Part shown: positions 42,550 to 57,708 of the stretch, piece by piece
How the letters are laid out: each line of letters starts with the position of its first letter
Position numbering within the stretch: position 1 is the first letter of the stretch
NCBI GenBank assembly: GCA_951406725.2
Contig: OX597826.1
Location: 39,060,001 to 39,124,000 of the forward strand
Reading direction: 5' to 3'
Length of the DNA stretch: 64,000 bases
Origin: Octopus vulgaris
Lineage: Eukaryota
The notes under the pieces: generated by a model
Databases searched by the model: none
What the model was told of the DNA's origin: nothing
What the model saw: only the letters and a program-made list of their open reading frames with translations
Program-made: the position numbers and the translations under genes

Positions 42550-45500
42550 TACAAATAGATGTGTGTATTTTCCCCTTGTTTACAATTAACATGGAAAAAA
42601 TAGATAACTAGTTATCAGGGTAACAAAAACCCATACAAGTAAAAAGGTTGTAACTCCTTGTTTTTAAAGGTAGAAACTCCGGGTTTACGTGAAATAATTT
42701 TGTATTATATATATGAATAAATAAATGCAGTTAAACGCAGGTGTTATTCAAATTCTTTTACTTCCGACCCATGTTTTGAAGATATCACTGGTATTTTTAC
42801 AAAGGATAGGGATAGGAATAAACGTAACAGTACAGAACTTAGTAAATTAATTTGGTATCTAAAAGATCATAATAAACAATTTAATTTAGATTGGTTGATT
42901 CTCTTAATTTCGATCCCTTATGATAAAGGCAAGGAATTCTGTCTACTCTGCAATTCTGAACTATTTTTTATTCTTTTTTCTAAAAATCCCCTTGTAAACA
43001 CGGTTATAGAGCATGCATACTGATGTAAACATTGGTAGGAACCCACCTTTTGTTCATACAGGTGATATCTATCATTATATATAATTTAAACATTAATTTT
43101 CTTCTTACATTTCACATTCACTAAATATATCGTTTTCCAAGACTTTAAGGTTTTATTTAATTTACATATCGTTATATACTTCTCATTTATTTGTTTTTTT
43201 TCTTTTCTTTCCTTTACCCTCCTCTTTCTATAGGCTACCTTTGACGTTATATCCTCAAATGTTACTTTAAAAAAAACTTAATAGCGTTCAGTTCATCATT
43301 TTACATTTCTATCATAGAGAAATAACTATAGCTGGTCATTGAGATAATGTAGAAAATATGTAAATGAAAATAAAGTTTATTTGACATGTGTAATTGATTT
43401 GATTGTTCTGGTCTTAACATGAGTTGGTAAGAATAAAAGTCATTTGACGATACCTTTTTGTTTGTAAGTGGCTATCCTGTTGCAGGTTCAATCCGTGGAA
43501 TATTGAAATGATACCCATCTTGTCCATTCCACAGAATAAGAGAATTCTGGAGAGCATGATAAGAGGGATGAGTTGTGACACACGTTTAAGGTTGTTATCT
43601 TGAAAACGAATGAGAATATCATGATTTTCACCAACCAAAAGGATGACTACTTCATTAGATGTGGGCTCATTAAAACAGCATAAAATGTTCTTTACTATAG
43701 TTTACTATAGACGTAACGAATGCAGAAACACACTCATAGAATTGATAATATTGAAAACAGTAAAATGTACACATACGAAGTTCAAGCGAAACGAAATGTA
43801 GTCAATATAGGTGCAAAACATACTTTCTGTAGCATAGTTATGCTATAAAAAAAGTTACTATGTGTCACCAATGTAACAAAGTACAGAAAGTCAACATTTA
43901 TTTGGAACATGTAATAAATGTTATAAAATTCACAATTAAATATCACGGTGAAGAAAGTGAAAGTCCAAGAAAATTCAGAAAGCATAATTCGATATTTCAT
44001 ATATCTCTTATTATAAAAGGCAGATTTTATCTGCCTCCCTTTGTCTCTTATAGAAATCTACAATATAGGATTTCTTCAATTACAATTTACCTAGCATTTT
44101 TAAGAGTAAAATGCATCGGGTCGTGCCAGGTCCAGTTTTTAAAATTTCAACCCCAATTAAGCAAAATTTAGAGAAAACTCACATTGTGGTGTGTATGTCA
44201 AATGCTTTTCTTAGTGTGGGCTACAGCACACGCACACACACACAAACGGAGCGAACTGTTTCACTGACGCTATCCTTTCTCTTTGCAAGTTTGCAACGAT
44301 TAAAGTGAAAACAGTGAATCCGACAGTGATAAAGAAAATGAATTGGCACCTGAATAGAGTGAAAATTTAAAAACTGTTTCTTTCGGTGATTTTTCTGAAG
44401 AAACTGGACCAGGCCACAGACTTTCCCAGAAGAGTAAAGCCTTAGACTATTTCTTTTTCCTTTTTCGAATGAGCCCATTTGAAATCATTACGGCGGAAAC
44501 GAACTGTTACGCTAAAATGTAAACAAAACGAAAGAAAGGATAGTTTGTTATTTCCCACAACCTTAAATGAAATTAAGGCCTATTTTGCCATAAATATTAT
44601 TATGGGTATCAGAAAGTTACCCAGAATAACAAATTCTATCGTAAAATTTTGTTGTATACCCAATTGAATATTAGCTAATAACCCATTTTCTATAGCGATG
44701 TTTGAACAAAATTTTAATAATTTTATATATTGTTGAATTTACCTGTATCTACCTGCAATTAGAGTCACTTTGTGACAAAAATTATAGTATAGAATTGGTT
44801 GAGAACATTTCATTAAATTATCTTCCAAAATTCATGTTAATATATTGATAAATAAAAAAGTTATTGTTGTTTAATGAAACCAGACTAAATTTATGATTAC
44901 GTTAGAAAATAATTGAAACACATAAGGGGTGTATTTTGGTCAGAAATATAGTAACGAAAGGGTTAAGAAAAACCAAAAAATATTTTATTCTTTATAAATG
45001 TTGTGTTCAAAATAACATTTTCTTTTAAGAATGTGTATATAACAAAGTATGTGTATATAACTACGTGGCTTGTATCTTTATATATAAAACTGAAGTTGTG
45101 TGTCTGTCTCCTACGATTTAGATTCGTAACTACTCCCACATTTTGCGGTGCAGTTTCACCAAAAGCGGGTATCTTAAAGTCGTGAGTCATATCGAGCCCT
45201 TCTGGGTATTAGCGCACGTCTACGATGAGTCTACGATTTAAAAAAAATTTACCATCATATTTTTCCATTTTAATGCATTTTTTTCGCTATTATATAAGGG
45301 AAGTAACTCTCTAAAAATATCTACGACGTGTCAACGATTTAAAAAAAAATTTACCTTAATTTTTTTCCCATTTTTAATGCATTTTTTTGCTATTTTTTGG
45401 CTATAACTCTCTAAAAATGCTTATATAGTTATTTCCCTTACAAACCCAAGCAACGCCAGGTGATACTGCTAGTATATATATAAATGGCAAAATGTCTGTC

Positions 45501-48500
45501 TGTGTGCGTGTCCTTTATACAAATCCACAATTTTTCAGTTACAGGGCTCGCAATTTCTATGGTCATTCAAAACCATCCAAGGGTGGTCGTGCACATCTTT
45601 ACATATCCCCAGTCACCGCGCAAAGCCATTAAACAATCAATAGAAGTGACTTTTTTGTGAATTTTCTATCCAATCAAAATGCCCGAAGCTTGATACGCCA
45701 ATTGAATGCCAGCTAGCTGTATGTGATTGGACAGTACTCACGTATATGTGTGCATGCACGCATCTGTATATGCATGCACTAGCACTATGACCCGGTGTTG
45801 CTGGGTCACAGTGCTAGTACAAAAATAATTTATTTTACAATTTTGAACCAAGTGTATAGAAAGGAAGATGTTGTTGTTGTAATGTTAATTTTAAATATTT
45901 GCTGAAGGATGTATGGAGAAAGATATAAATTAATTTGACATTAACTACATATTTTTTAACTGTGTAACATTATAGGCTGTAGAATAAATACTGACTAACG
46001 CAGTAAAAAGGTTGGGCAATGTTGTTACTCACAATGATGAAGAAGACAAGGACTGTTAAAAAAAACATGATTTTGAAACTGGTTAGAAGGAGTGGAATAA
46101 CATTTCTGTAATTATATTGAAAGAGCTGTTGAGGCTTTCTACTTTGCCAAGTTTCTGAATTTGTTATAATAACCAGAATAACATTTTTCTTCAGATATAT
46201 TTGCAAGTATTTATTGACCTTTTTCTTTCCTTTAAAAATCGGCATGAACTTTCCAGACAACCCCTAACTGGTTCCCTGATTTTAAAGGTGTAATGTGGAT
46301 GTGTAATGATGGAGCAACTGGTGTGGTGGTGATGTTAGCTGGTTCGGTGGTCTTCCTCACAGTACTTCATGGTAGACAATATTTTATGTGTGTGTCACAC
46401 CATGCTTTTGGCCTTGTCTGTTATCCCAATTGAGTGCATAACTCTTACTTTGATATTGTTCATAGCTCATGCTCTTGAAAATGCGACATATAATTAGCCA
46501 TGAGAAAATACCGGTTGAGGTAAATGTAATCCAACTTTTTCAAATGTTTTCCCTTGAGCCTTATTAATTGTCATTGAATATGCAAGTCGAAGTGGAAACT
46601 GAAGTCTGTTTAGTGTGAATGGAATATTTGCATTACTTGGGCTAAGTTTAATTCTGGGCATTAGAACTGTATGACCTCTGTTGGAGATTGTTACCAATGA
46701 TGCTTCTACACAATGTTCATGAAGTCTTTGCACTTTCATGCAAGTTCCATTACATAATCCTTGACTGATCGAAAAATTTCTTAGCAGCATTACAATAGCC
46801 TTTACTTTTAAGTTGAAGTGATGAGGAGGCATACTGGATGGAGTGAGTGAGTTTATGAATTCAAATGGATAGCTCTGAACCTCCTCTTCATTATTGCAGG
46901 ACACTGAATCTGCGCTTAAGTATTTTTAAATGCCTCTGGTATAATATTAAAAACTTTTTCATTTATTGCAAGACAGTCAGGATTTTTAGGAGATAAAATT
47001 ACTCGTTTTTCCATTTCTTCTGGCATGCAGTTGTTGAAAATTTCTGGGTACAAATGTACAAATTGAAATGCAAAAGAACGAAATAATAAATGGATTTATG
47101 AATGAAAGTTTAGTAACCATTAATTTCCACCACATGACACTTGTTATTGCAAATGTACTTCTAAACTATACTATACACACATAGAAATACATTCATATAT
47201 ATATGTCTTGAGTTGTAGCTGAAATTCAAAGGGGCCAGCCTTGTCATACTCTGTGTGAAGCTGAATCTCCCTGAGAACTACATTAATGTTATGCATGTCT
47301 GTGGAGTACTCAGCCATTTGTGAGTTAATTTTATCCTCATGTGGTAATGAAAAGTGAAATTGACAACCAATATTTGCTGTGTTGATATATTTATGAACTT
47401 TTCTTTGGAATTATGTATCTACTGTCTCTCTCACTTCCTCTTTTTACAATGTGTATATGTATCTATGTATCTACTTCTCTTGCGATGTGATAAACATTTA
47501 AAAACACAAAATGAAGGCTGTCACCACTCACTGTCTCTTTCATTATCTTTCTTTCTCTCTTACGTCCTCTCTGAAACATTTCAAAATTCAAAATGAATGC
47601 TGTCACCACTCACTGTCTCTCTCACTTTCTCTTATTTTCTCTGTCCTCTTCCCTTGCTTTGCCACTTCAAAGAAGTGTGACACAACAACAGGTACGTACA
47701 AAAACAAATGATTAGTGTATTAATATTATTGATAATAACCTTATATATATTTAAATAATTTTTATTCACTTCGATCACCTTTTTAAATTTGCTCCAGTTC
47801 CATGCAGTAGGACAGAACCTGGAACCATGTGGTTGAGAAGGATCCTTATAGCCACAGTAGTAATAATAATCCATGGATATAATTTATAAATATTTTAATG
47901 CAGCACTATGCATGTTTCCACAAATAGTCCATATTCCTGGGATGATTACAGTACAGTCCAATAGAAAGAGCGGATCTTTACCTTTTGACCAACAGATTTA
48001 AAAAATAATTTTTTGTAACTAAACACTTTCAAACTTCAGACACTAGTAGAATGTGTCATATAAAATATCTTTTACTCTTAGCATTTTTGAGAAAAATTAT
48101 ATTTACTTAGTTATTTCATGGTAAAGTTCTTGTATTTCGGTAATGTCAACCAATCAATGATGTGTATTCAACTGAATAAAATTACTGCCGTTGTTTGTCA
48201 ACAGCAACTATTGGTGGTGTATTTTTCATTTGTCACTGTTATTTATGACATCGTTCGTGTGTTTGTACTGGTTTTAAGGTTAGGGTGTTCGGGTTAGGGT
48301 TGTCATAAATAACAGTGACAAACGAAATATACACCGCTAGAAGTTCTTGTTGACAAACAACAGCAGTAATTTTATTCAGCTGGATACACATCATTGATTG
48401 GTTGAAATTACCGAAATACGAGAACTTTAATGTGAAATAATTTTGTAAATATAAGTTTTTCTCAAAAATGCTAAGAGTAAAAGATGTTTTATATGACACA

Positions 48501-48907
48501 TCCTACCAGTGTCTGAAGTTTGAAAGTATTTAGTTACAAAAAATTATTTTTTAAATCTGTTGGTCAAAAGGTAAAGATCCAAAAGAGCAAATGTTATACA
48601 ATCATTGCTTCAACATTAATTCTATATTGCCTGAGGAAATGAACACATGAACTATGATCATCCCAGGAATATGAACTATGATCATAAGAAATATGTGATT
48701 TGTTGACACACGAGTAGCAATCCATTAAAATATTTATAAATCCCATCCATGGATTATTATTATTTTATCCCACATTATATCAGCACATCTCGGTACAACC
48801 CCATAAAACTGCTATTGCAAGTTGGTTTCATTAGCTGACATAATAAAATAGGAGCTTTCATATATACGTATGCTCAAAAACATTTCCTGTAAATGAACTT
48901 AAAGGAA

Positions 48908-48955
<48 letters not shown>

Positions 48956-49143
48956 ATATACACACACATATATATATATACATATATACATACATATACA
49001 TATACACACATACATATACACACATATATATATATATACATATATACATACATATATATATATATACATATACACACACATATATATATATATACATACA
49101 TATACACACATATATATATATATATACATACATATACACACAC

Positions 49144-49174
<31 letters not shown>

Positions 49175-49246
49175 CACATATACATATATATATATATATA
49201 CATACACATATATATATATATATACATACATATATACATACATACA

Positions 49247-49292
<46 letters not shown>

Positions 49293-49339
49293 CATACATA
49301 TATACATACATATATATACATATATATATACATATATGC

Positions 49340-49393
<54 letters not shown>

Positions 49394-49407
49394 ATACATA
49401 TATACAT

Positions 49408-49438
<31 letters not shown>

Positions 49439-52400
49439 CATATATGCATGTAAATATACATATATCAGCTGGGTTAATTTAATCATCGCTCTCACTTCTT
49501 GCAAAACTGGCCTTGGATTAAGTAAAAGAAACATTTAACTCTTTGAATTTCATAAAAAAGTGGAAAAAATATAGAGAGAACCTCATCCACCGAAGAAACA
49601 TTTATACAGCTGCTGCACCTAGTAAAATGGTTAATACTGACACATTTGACAACCAGTCCATTATCAATAAATGTCAGAGTTTCTACTGAAACATGTAAGT
49701 ACAAAAAAAATTTAAAAAATAAGTAAAAGCAGAAAAATTAATAGATTTATTAATGTATTTTCTAAAGTTTTTTTTCATATGCTATTTATTTAACATCTGG
49801 TCATATTTAATTTGATTAACATATGGTTATAGTTATAACTAGGTTTGAGAAAAATGTATGTGTCTGTTTATTTTCATTCAGCAAAGAAAAAGCTGAGGAA
49901 GGAGGCAATGATGATGGTGGTAATGATAGTGATGATGTGATGGTAATAATGATGAAGATGGTAGTGGTGACAGAATTACTGCTCTTGTTCATCACTCGAT
50001 CAACTGGGCTATGACAAAAACTAGCGCATTTCAATAACTATGAGATAATGATGCAAGGTCGTCGTCAGTGGTGATGCTGATGGAGAATAATAAAAGTGAT
50101 GTTGATAGTAGTGATGATATTAGTGGCAGTAGAGGTGATGGTGGTTGTGGTAATGATGATCACCATAGTGTGTGTATGTGTGTGTGTTTAGTTTGTCCTT
50201 ATTTTTGCAGCACACATTTCAATTAAACAGAAATGTAGACAGCTATTTCTAGATGGTGTGGGGGACATTTCTGTCCCAGCAACCAGTAAGTGGCTAGTTC
50301 TGCGTTCTGTCATACCAACAACAACACTCAGATGCACCCACTAATTAACTAACTAATGACCATTTTAATTAATGTTAAATAACTTGGAATGGCATGGCTG
50401 GTTAATGGCACACTAATTTCTTAAAATACTAGTTAATAGGATTTATTTCACAGATTATTATGATGCTACATATAATGTGTGTGTGTGTGTGTGTATGTGT
50501 ATAATATATATATATATATATATACTAAACACACACATCACTAATTCCATAAATATGGTGAAGTTTATGCCTTACTGATGAGATTATAATAAGACCCAAA
50601 CATGACTGAAACAGCTTCCCATATGTGCTGAAAGTATTTAAAACAATACAAGTTAATGAACTAATATTTTTTCTCTTCAACAAAAAATGTGGTTGGATTT
50701 CTGCGTTGTCTTCCAAGAAAGTAGTAAATCTACATAAGAATTTAGACTGTGATAATCTGTCCAACACATACCAGCATAGAAAGCAGTTGTAAAATGACAA
50801 TGAGTATGATGATGATGTAATAGTTTATAGCTCATAGCTACTCTCTCTCATCTGTTTATCTATAAATCATTATTACCATCATCATTATCATAATATCCAC
50901 TTTTCCATGCTTGCATGGGTTGGACAGAATTTGTTGAGGTGGATTTTCTATAGTCAGCTGCCCTTCCTGCTACCTGTTTTCAAGTAAGGTTACATTCCTC
51001 CATGCCAAAACATGCTTTCATGAATTATTAGACATGAAGGTCATGACAGCAGACCTCATTTACAACTACTGCACAAAGTCAAAGCAAAGAGACAGTAACA
51101 TATATGCATACACACATACAAAGCATGCCTACAAGCATGTGCACATGCACACACAAACACACGTGTGCACACACATGCATACGTGTGCATGCACACACAT
51201 GCACTTATAACTTCAATTAGTAGCAATGATTGCTAAGTAACAACAGTCAGTTCTGTAGAGGTACTAACCTCTCCATGGCCATTCAACTTGAAAGAAATAG
51301 CAGGTAAATGTTTATTAAATCACAAATTACAGCTTTAAAAAATAGGAACTGACCTAGTGCCAAACAACAACAGCAGTATATACAGTTGAGGAAATTAAAA
51401 AGGAAATTATTTGTTTCTTGTTACTTACCTGGAGAACATTTATAAGTTGGTCCAAAGAAAGATTCTCCACTTCTTCGACAACATGAATTTTTTCCAAACT
51501 TATTACACCTTTTTTGGTACCCCTTTTCTGTATGTAGAAAGAAAGGAAAATGAATATGAATAAATGAAGAATATACTGATCTAATTTATAGACAGTACCT
51601 GCTGTAGAAACATTAGATAAACATGCTCTAGAATATGCTCATTAATCAATTCTTTGATTTGCTTCAGTTATTTGACTTTGGTCATGTTGGTATACTATCT
51701 TCCAAGAAAAAATTTGGGGATTCCATAAGATAGGGTATCTTTAAATCAAATATAAAAAAAATTCTCTCTAAAACAGTTGTTGGTGCATTTGATGTCTGAT
51801 TAAAATAAGGTCAGTGACGTTTGTCTGTAAAATATAGATAAGGGTAGTGGAATATAAGGAAACTATAATAAATTCCACACCAAAATAATTAGGGGAACAG
51901 CTTTTCTTAACCGTCACAGATTACATTGATTCATATATTCATTCTATGGGTTGATACTAATTTTATCAGCAACACAAGTGTAAAAAGGCAATGGGGACTA
52001 CCCATGAGTTGAAAATCACAATGTAAAGAGATATATAATCAATATACAAGGGGTATTGAATAAAGATTTCCTCTGACCCACTTATCAAGGATAAACAAAA
52101 CTTAGCATAATTATTAATCCTTCTCAACATAGCCACCACCAGTGGTGACACACTTCTATTACTTCATGCAGCTGTGAAGATCTTGTCTGTAGCAGTAGGT
52201 AGGTTGCATCTGATGAACTTATTTACATTGGAAATAAGTTCATCATCATCTGAAAAGTGCTTCCCCTTCAAAAGAGACTTCAGAGTTGGAAAGAGGTGGA
52301 AGTCAGATGGTGTGAGGTTGGAAGATGAGGGGGATGATAAGGGGGATGAGGAAGGATTTCATAGCTGCAGGAGCGTGATTTCATCTGGGCAACATGCGCG

Positions 52401-54416
52401 TTGTGAACTGGGGTGTTGTCTTGGAGGAGGCAGACTCCTTTGGACAGTATGCTATGCCTCTCTGTTTTGATGGTGTTCTGCAATTTCTGCAGCAGAGAAG
52501 CATAATATTCCTCGTTAATTGTGGTGCCTTTTGCCAGAAAATCAGTCATCACTATTCCATGCTGGTACCAAAAGACTGAGCATCACCATGCCTCCTGAAA
52601 GTTGGACATGAACCTTCTTTGGAGGTGATGAGTTATCATGCTTCTATTGCTTCAACTGGACTTAAGTTTCAGGATCACAGTGATGGACCCACATTTCATC
52701 CTGAGTGATAAGTCTACCAAAAAATTCCTCCTTGTTTTATGGGCACATTGCCAAAAGAGCCAGGAAGCAATTGACTTGTTCCTGCTTCTGGAGAGGTGTG
52801 AGCATCCGGGGAATCCATTGTGCAGGCAACTTCTGCATGTGCAAATGGTCGTGAATGATTTATATACCTATATTTATCTTCACTTTTTGGGCTAGTTGCC
52901 AAATACTTATGCAGTGATCCTCCAAAATTGCAGTTTACACTTTATGGACGGTGTTGTCATCAATAGCAGAATATGGTCGTCCAGGAATAAGAGCAATTTT
53001 CATCGATGTGCAACCACATTTGAACTGGCAATGCCAGTGCTTGACTACAGCATATGATGGTGCATCATCACCATAAACTTCCTCCATCTCATTAAAAGTC
53101 TCTTTTGGTGTATGGCCTTTCAAGTATAAGAACCTGATCTGCATTCAACTGCCTCCATTATAACACCCTAGTTCACTTCAGCAGCCATAAAAGACAAACA
53201 AATACTGGTTATACCTGTATAAGTTCTGTTTCCTACAGTAGCTGGAAGTGGATCAGGGGAAACCTTTAATGAACACCCCTCATATATATAATTTTCTTTA
53301 AATGTTTAGATTTGCTGTAAAATTATTTGGGTAGAATTTAAAGTTCCTTGAAAGAATATATGGGTCTGACAGTAGAATGTTTGTAGTTTCTAGGGAAGAA
53401 GGTTCTCTGTGTTTGTCAGACCTTTTTATCCCAGAAAATTCTTGTAATTACTATGATGAACAACACAGTGCAAGGAAGTAATTTGATGTGTTGCTTCAAA
53501 TGTCAAATCAACAAGAAACTTTTTAAATACGATGTCAATTCAATGATTTATCTCCTTAGTTTTTATATTTTCTTAATCCTAAACTTAGAATAAATTTTAT
53601 TCAATGAATATTGTGAAACATCTATTTGAGTATTTCCAATGTTATCCACCCATCTATGGCCTTTTTCATTACATTATGTAAAACGATTTTTGTCCTTGGA
53701 TAGCTACTGTGATTTCCTATTTGCTTACCCTTAGCTCAGTGGTTAGAGAGTCGGGCTTACGATCATGAGGTTGTGAGTTCGAATCCCGGACCAGGCTATG
53801 TGTTGTGTGCTTGAGCAAGACACTTTATTTCACGTTGCTCCAGTTCACTCAGCTGTAGAAATGAGTTGCAACATCACAGGTACCAAGCTGTATCGGCCTT
53901 TGCCTTTCCCTCGGATAACATCGGTGGCATGGAGAGGGGAGGCTGGTGTGCATGGGCGACTGCTGGGAGGGTAACTTTCTCGGTGCAATCCCATGGTCAG
54001 TCATGACCGAAGGGGGTCACACAACAATCACAACAACCCTTAGAAAGTATGAAAAATGGCTATTTCCTTCAAAACTTGCTTTTGTTACATTTATTCAAGC
54101 AAATCTGTGGTATTGAGCAGAATATTTGCTATGATGATATTTCTGCTTCAGCAACTCAATATTGAATGTTTGAAGGGAACATTCCTAGATAGAAGCAAAT
54201 AGGAAATGACACTTACTGACCAATGACAAAAAAAATTTTTAATTTTATTACACAGGCGCAGGAGTGGCTGTGTGGTAAGTATCTTGTTTACCAACCACAT
54301 GGTTCCGGATTCAGTCCAACTGCGTGGCATCTTGGGCAAGTGTCTTCTGCTATAGCCCCGGGCCGACCAATGCCTTGTGAGTGGATTTGGTAGACGGAAA
54401 CTGAAAGAAGCCTGTC

Positions 54417-54455
<39 letters not shown>

Positions 54456-57400
54456 TGTGTTTGTGTGTCTGTGTTTGTCCCCCTAGCATTGTTTGACAAC
54501 AGATGCTGGTGTGTTTACGTCCCCATCACTTAGCGGTTCAGTAAAAGAGACTGATAGAATAAGTACTGGGCTTACAAAGAATAAGTCCCGGGGTCGATTT
54601 GCTTGACTAAAGGCGGTGCTCCAGCATGGCCGCAGTCAAATGACTGAAACAAGTAAAAGAGTAAAAGAGTAAAGAGTGTTGTCAAACAAGTATATCATTC
54701 CATTGACCCTTATATTATCAACCAATCTCAGACTGTCTTAGGTTCTATGTTACAAACTTCAGATTTTGAAGTACACCTGTTTACAGTGACACCTCCTGCA
54801 ATCAGCTTGAGAACATTTTGTTTTCATATAAAATATAGTAATAATGAGAAATATTGAATTTCTAAATGTCTCAGAGAGACATAAGTGGTGGTGAAGCGAT
54901 ATAGTGGTCGTAAACTGTCAACTCAATGTGACAGTCCCGTAAGGGAATTAAATGGCGGTGGTGTAATTCTCTCATGGGACTGTCACATTGAGTTGACAGT
55001 ATACGACCACTATAGTAATAATGAAAAATTAATAAATAAATAATGAAACATCGGTTATTTTATTAAGATCCTACTACATTCTTCATTATTTTTTAAGACT
55101 AATTAAAAAATATGGATATTGTATTTCAACGGAAATATGATCATGAAAAGGTTAAAGATAAATTATAGTTAATCAGTAAATGATGTTTGTAGTAAATAAA
55201 TACAATTGATGGTAGGAACATGAAGATAACAGCCACAACAAGATATACTACTGAAGGTAACAAGATATATCATTGATGGTAAGAACAACATAAAGATACT
55301 GCTGAGACAAGAAAGAAGACATTCCTTCAAAATTCCAAGAATCCGTTTGTTTTCCTTGAGACTAATTACTTCTGGTTTATTTTGACAACAATTAGATTAC
55401 TGTAGTGCTTTTTCTTTTTTAAAAGAAACCTTCTCCAAAACATAGACCCTCTCCATCTTTAATTAAATCATTAGTGCCACTATCAAGCTAATCAGTCACT
55501 GATACTAACAGTGGTGGTGGTGGTGGTGGTTAGTATTTGTAATAGTAACAAATCACTGAAACCATCTCCCCCACCACCCCTTATTATCATCACTAACAAC
55601 TAACACAATAGCTAATGAGAATGTAAGAGCCTCTAAGTGGTCATCAATATGCTAGATATGACAGTCAAGCTTCCTTCCAACTAGAAAAGGATGTATTTGA
55701 TAATATGATTCTGAATTTCCTGCACAAAGGAAAAAGATGATATGGTCATGACTGGAATATCTTTGACCATAGGTCTACCGGACCAGGGTTGACCCAAGTC
55801 TAAACAACAAACCAATGAACAAGTCATTAATCACACTATCTTGAAAACAAAAAAATAGAACATGTATTGGAGAACGGAATGACCATGTTTGGAGCACCTA
55901 TGATCTCAGACAGGCTTGATGAGAACTGACCTGGGTGCTGGCAGAAACGTTAGTACTCCAGGCGAAATGCTTAGCGGTATTTCGTCTGCTGCTACATTCT
56001 GAGTTCAAATTTCGCCAAGGTGGACTTTGCCTTTCATCCTTTCGGGGTCGATTGAATAAGTACCAGTTACGCACTGGGGTCGATGTAATCCACTTAATCC
56101 GTTTGTCTGTCCTTGTTTGTCTCCTCTGTGTGTAGCCCCTTGTGGGCAGTAAAGAAATAAGTAGCAACAACCATCAGAATGGCACAATGGTTATTTCCTA
56201 CAGAAACTCAGGGCTAGAATTTGGTGAGGGGGGGGGAGTGTTATTTGATTAAATAGTCTCCAGTATTTGACTAGTACTTTATTTTCATTACCTTGAGAGA
56301 ATAAAAGGCAAAGTTAACCTTGGCAGGATTTGAAAGCAGAATATAAAGGGCCGTACTAAAAGGTATTTTGTTCAATAAATTGGCAATTCTATTAATCCAC
56401 TACCATTACCATAATAATAATAACAGTAATAACATATCATCATCATTGTCAACTACTACTACTGCTTGTAGTAGTAGTTCACCCAGGATGAGTTGTGTTG
56501 ACTCTGTACACTCCTTAGAGCCTTCAAGAGAAATTTTATACAAAGCAGAACAAAACTGCTTCCCTTAGGGATCAAAGATGCTCCTCTCCAAATTCAAGGA
56601 GGTGGTGAAAGTTTCTTCATGTTTTTAGGGTGGAACTCTTCAAATATTCATAGTCCCTTCTCTCCACACCAGAGATCCAGACCTTAACAGTGGAGTAGCA
56701 CTATTGATAGTTCACTAATGCTACATCTACTATTATTACCTCTCACCATTGTCACAACTATGAGCCAACTAGAGAGTTTTTGTATGATCACTCAAGTTAC
56801 TAAAAATAGCCACCAAATAGCTATTTAACATTTAAGCTGGCTTTATCCGGCCCAAATATTCTACCTGTTTTATGTTCAACCTGGCCAGATCTGGCCTCTT
56901 GCATCTACACTACAATGTCATTCTAAAAACAAACAATTGCAGCACTGAAATCTCAAAAGTACAAGATAATGCATGATTAATTCAAAATAATGTAAGCCAT
57001 ACAGTATCTCAAAGTTATGAGATAATGTATGATTAATTCAAAACAATGTTAATAAATAAGCCTAACATTTGACAGAGTGATCTGAATGCCAAAGTGTTGA
57101 AAAGATGAGATGGTCACAGCTAAGACGTCTTTGATAATATCTCTGTAAGATTAGGGCTGATTAAACAGAAATTGTCACAACTAATTACCTTACCACAATC
57201 ATCACCACCAACTCTGCTACCACAACCATCACCACTGACTCTATCATCACCTCTATAACACAGCAAGAGCAGTAATAGACCTGTACAAATTATTCATGGT
57301 AAGGAGAGTGGTGGTGTTGTGAGTTGTGCTGTGGTGGTAGTGGCTTTGTTACAGTGGTAAGCATTGTGATGGTAGTGGTGGTGTTGTGGTAATGGTGATA

Positions 57401-57675
57401 GAGTTGGTGTTGTAGTTGTGATACCAAATAATTAAAACAGGATGATCCTAGTTGTATATTAAAATGTCATGTGATGTCAATGAGTGCTCAATGAGTGAGT
57501 CTAGTCTTCCTCATGTCAAAGTTGATTGGTTGAGAAACCTTAATTAACCTTGATGAGAAATTAACTATTGCTATCACTACCGCTGCCGCTACTACCACCA
57601 ATATCAGTCAGCTCTCCAGGGTCACATGTACTACAGACTTAAATCATAGTATTATGCAACACACACAACCCCCAC

Positions 57676-57708
<33 letters not shown>

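Noticed and set aside
46494-46904. Host PIF1 helicase gene
   Set aside because: Intronless fragment with stops and frameshifts, Helitron-type C-terminus, beside Helitron repeats.
53730-53800. tRNA gene
   Set aside because: A/B boxes are present but the acceptor stem is broken and it runs into a SINE body with a second copy; it is a SINE head.
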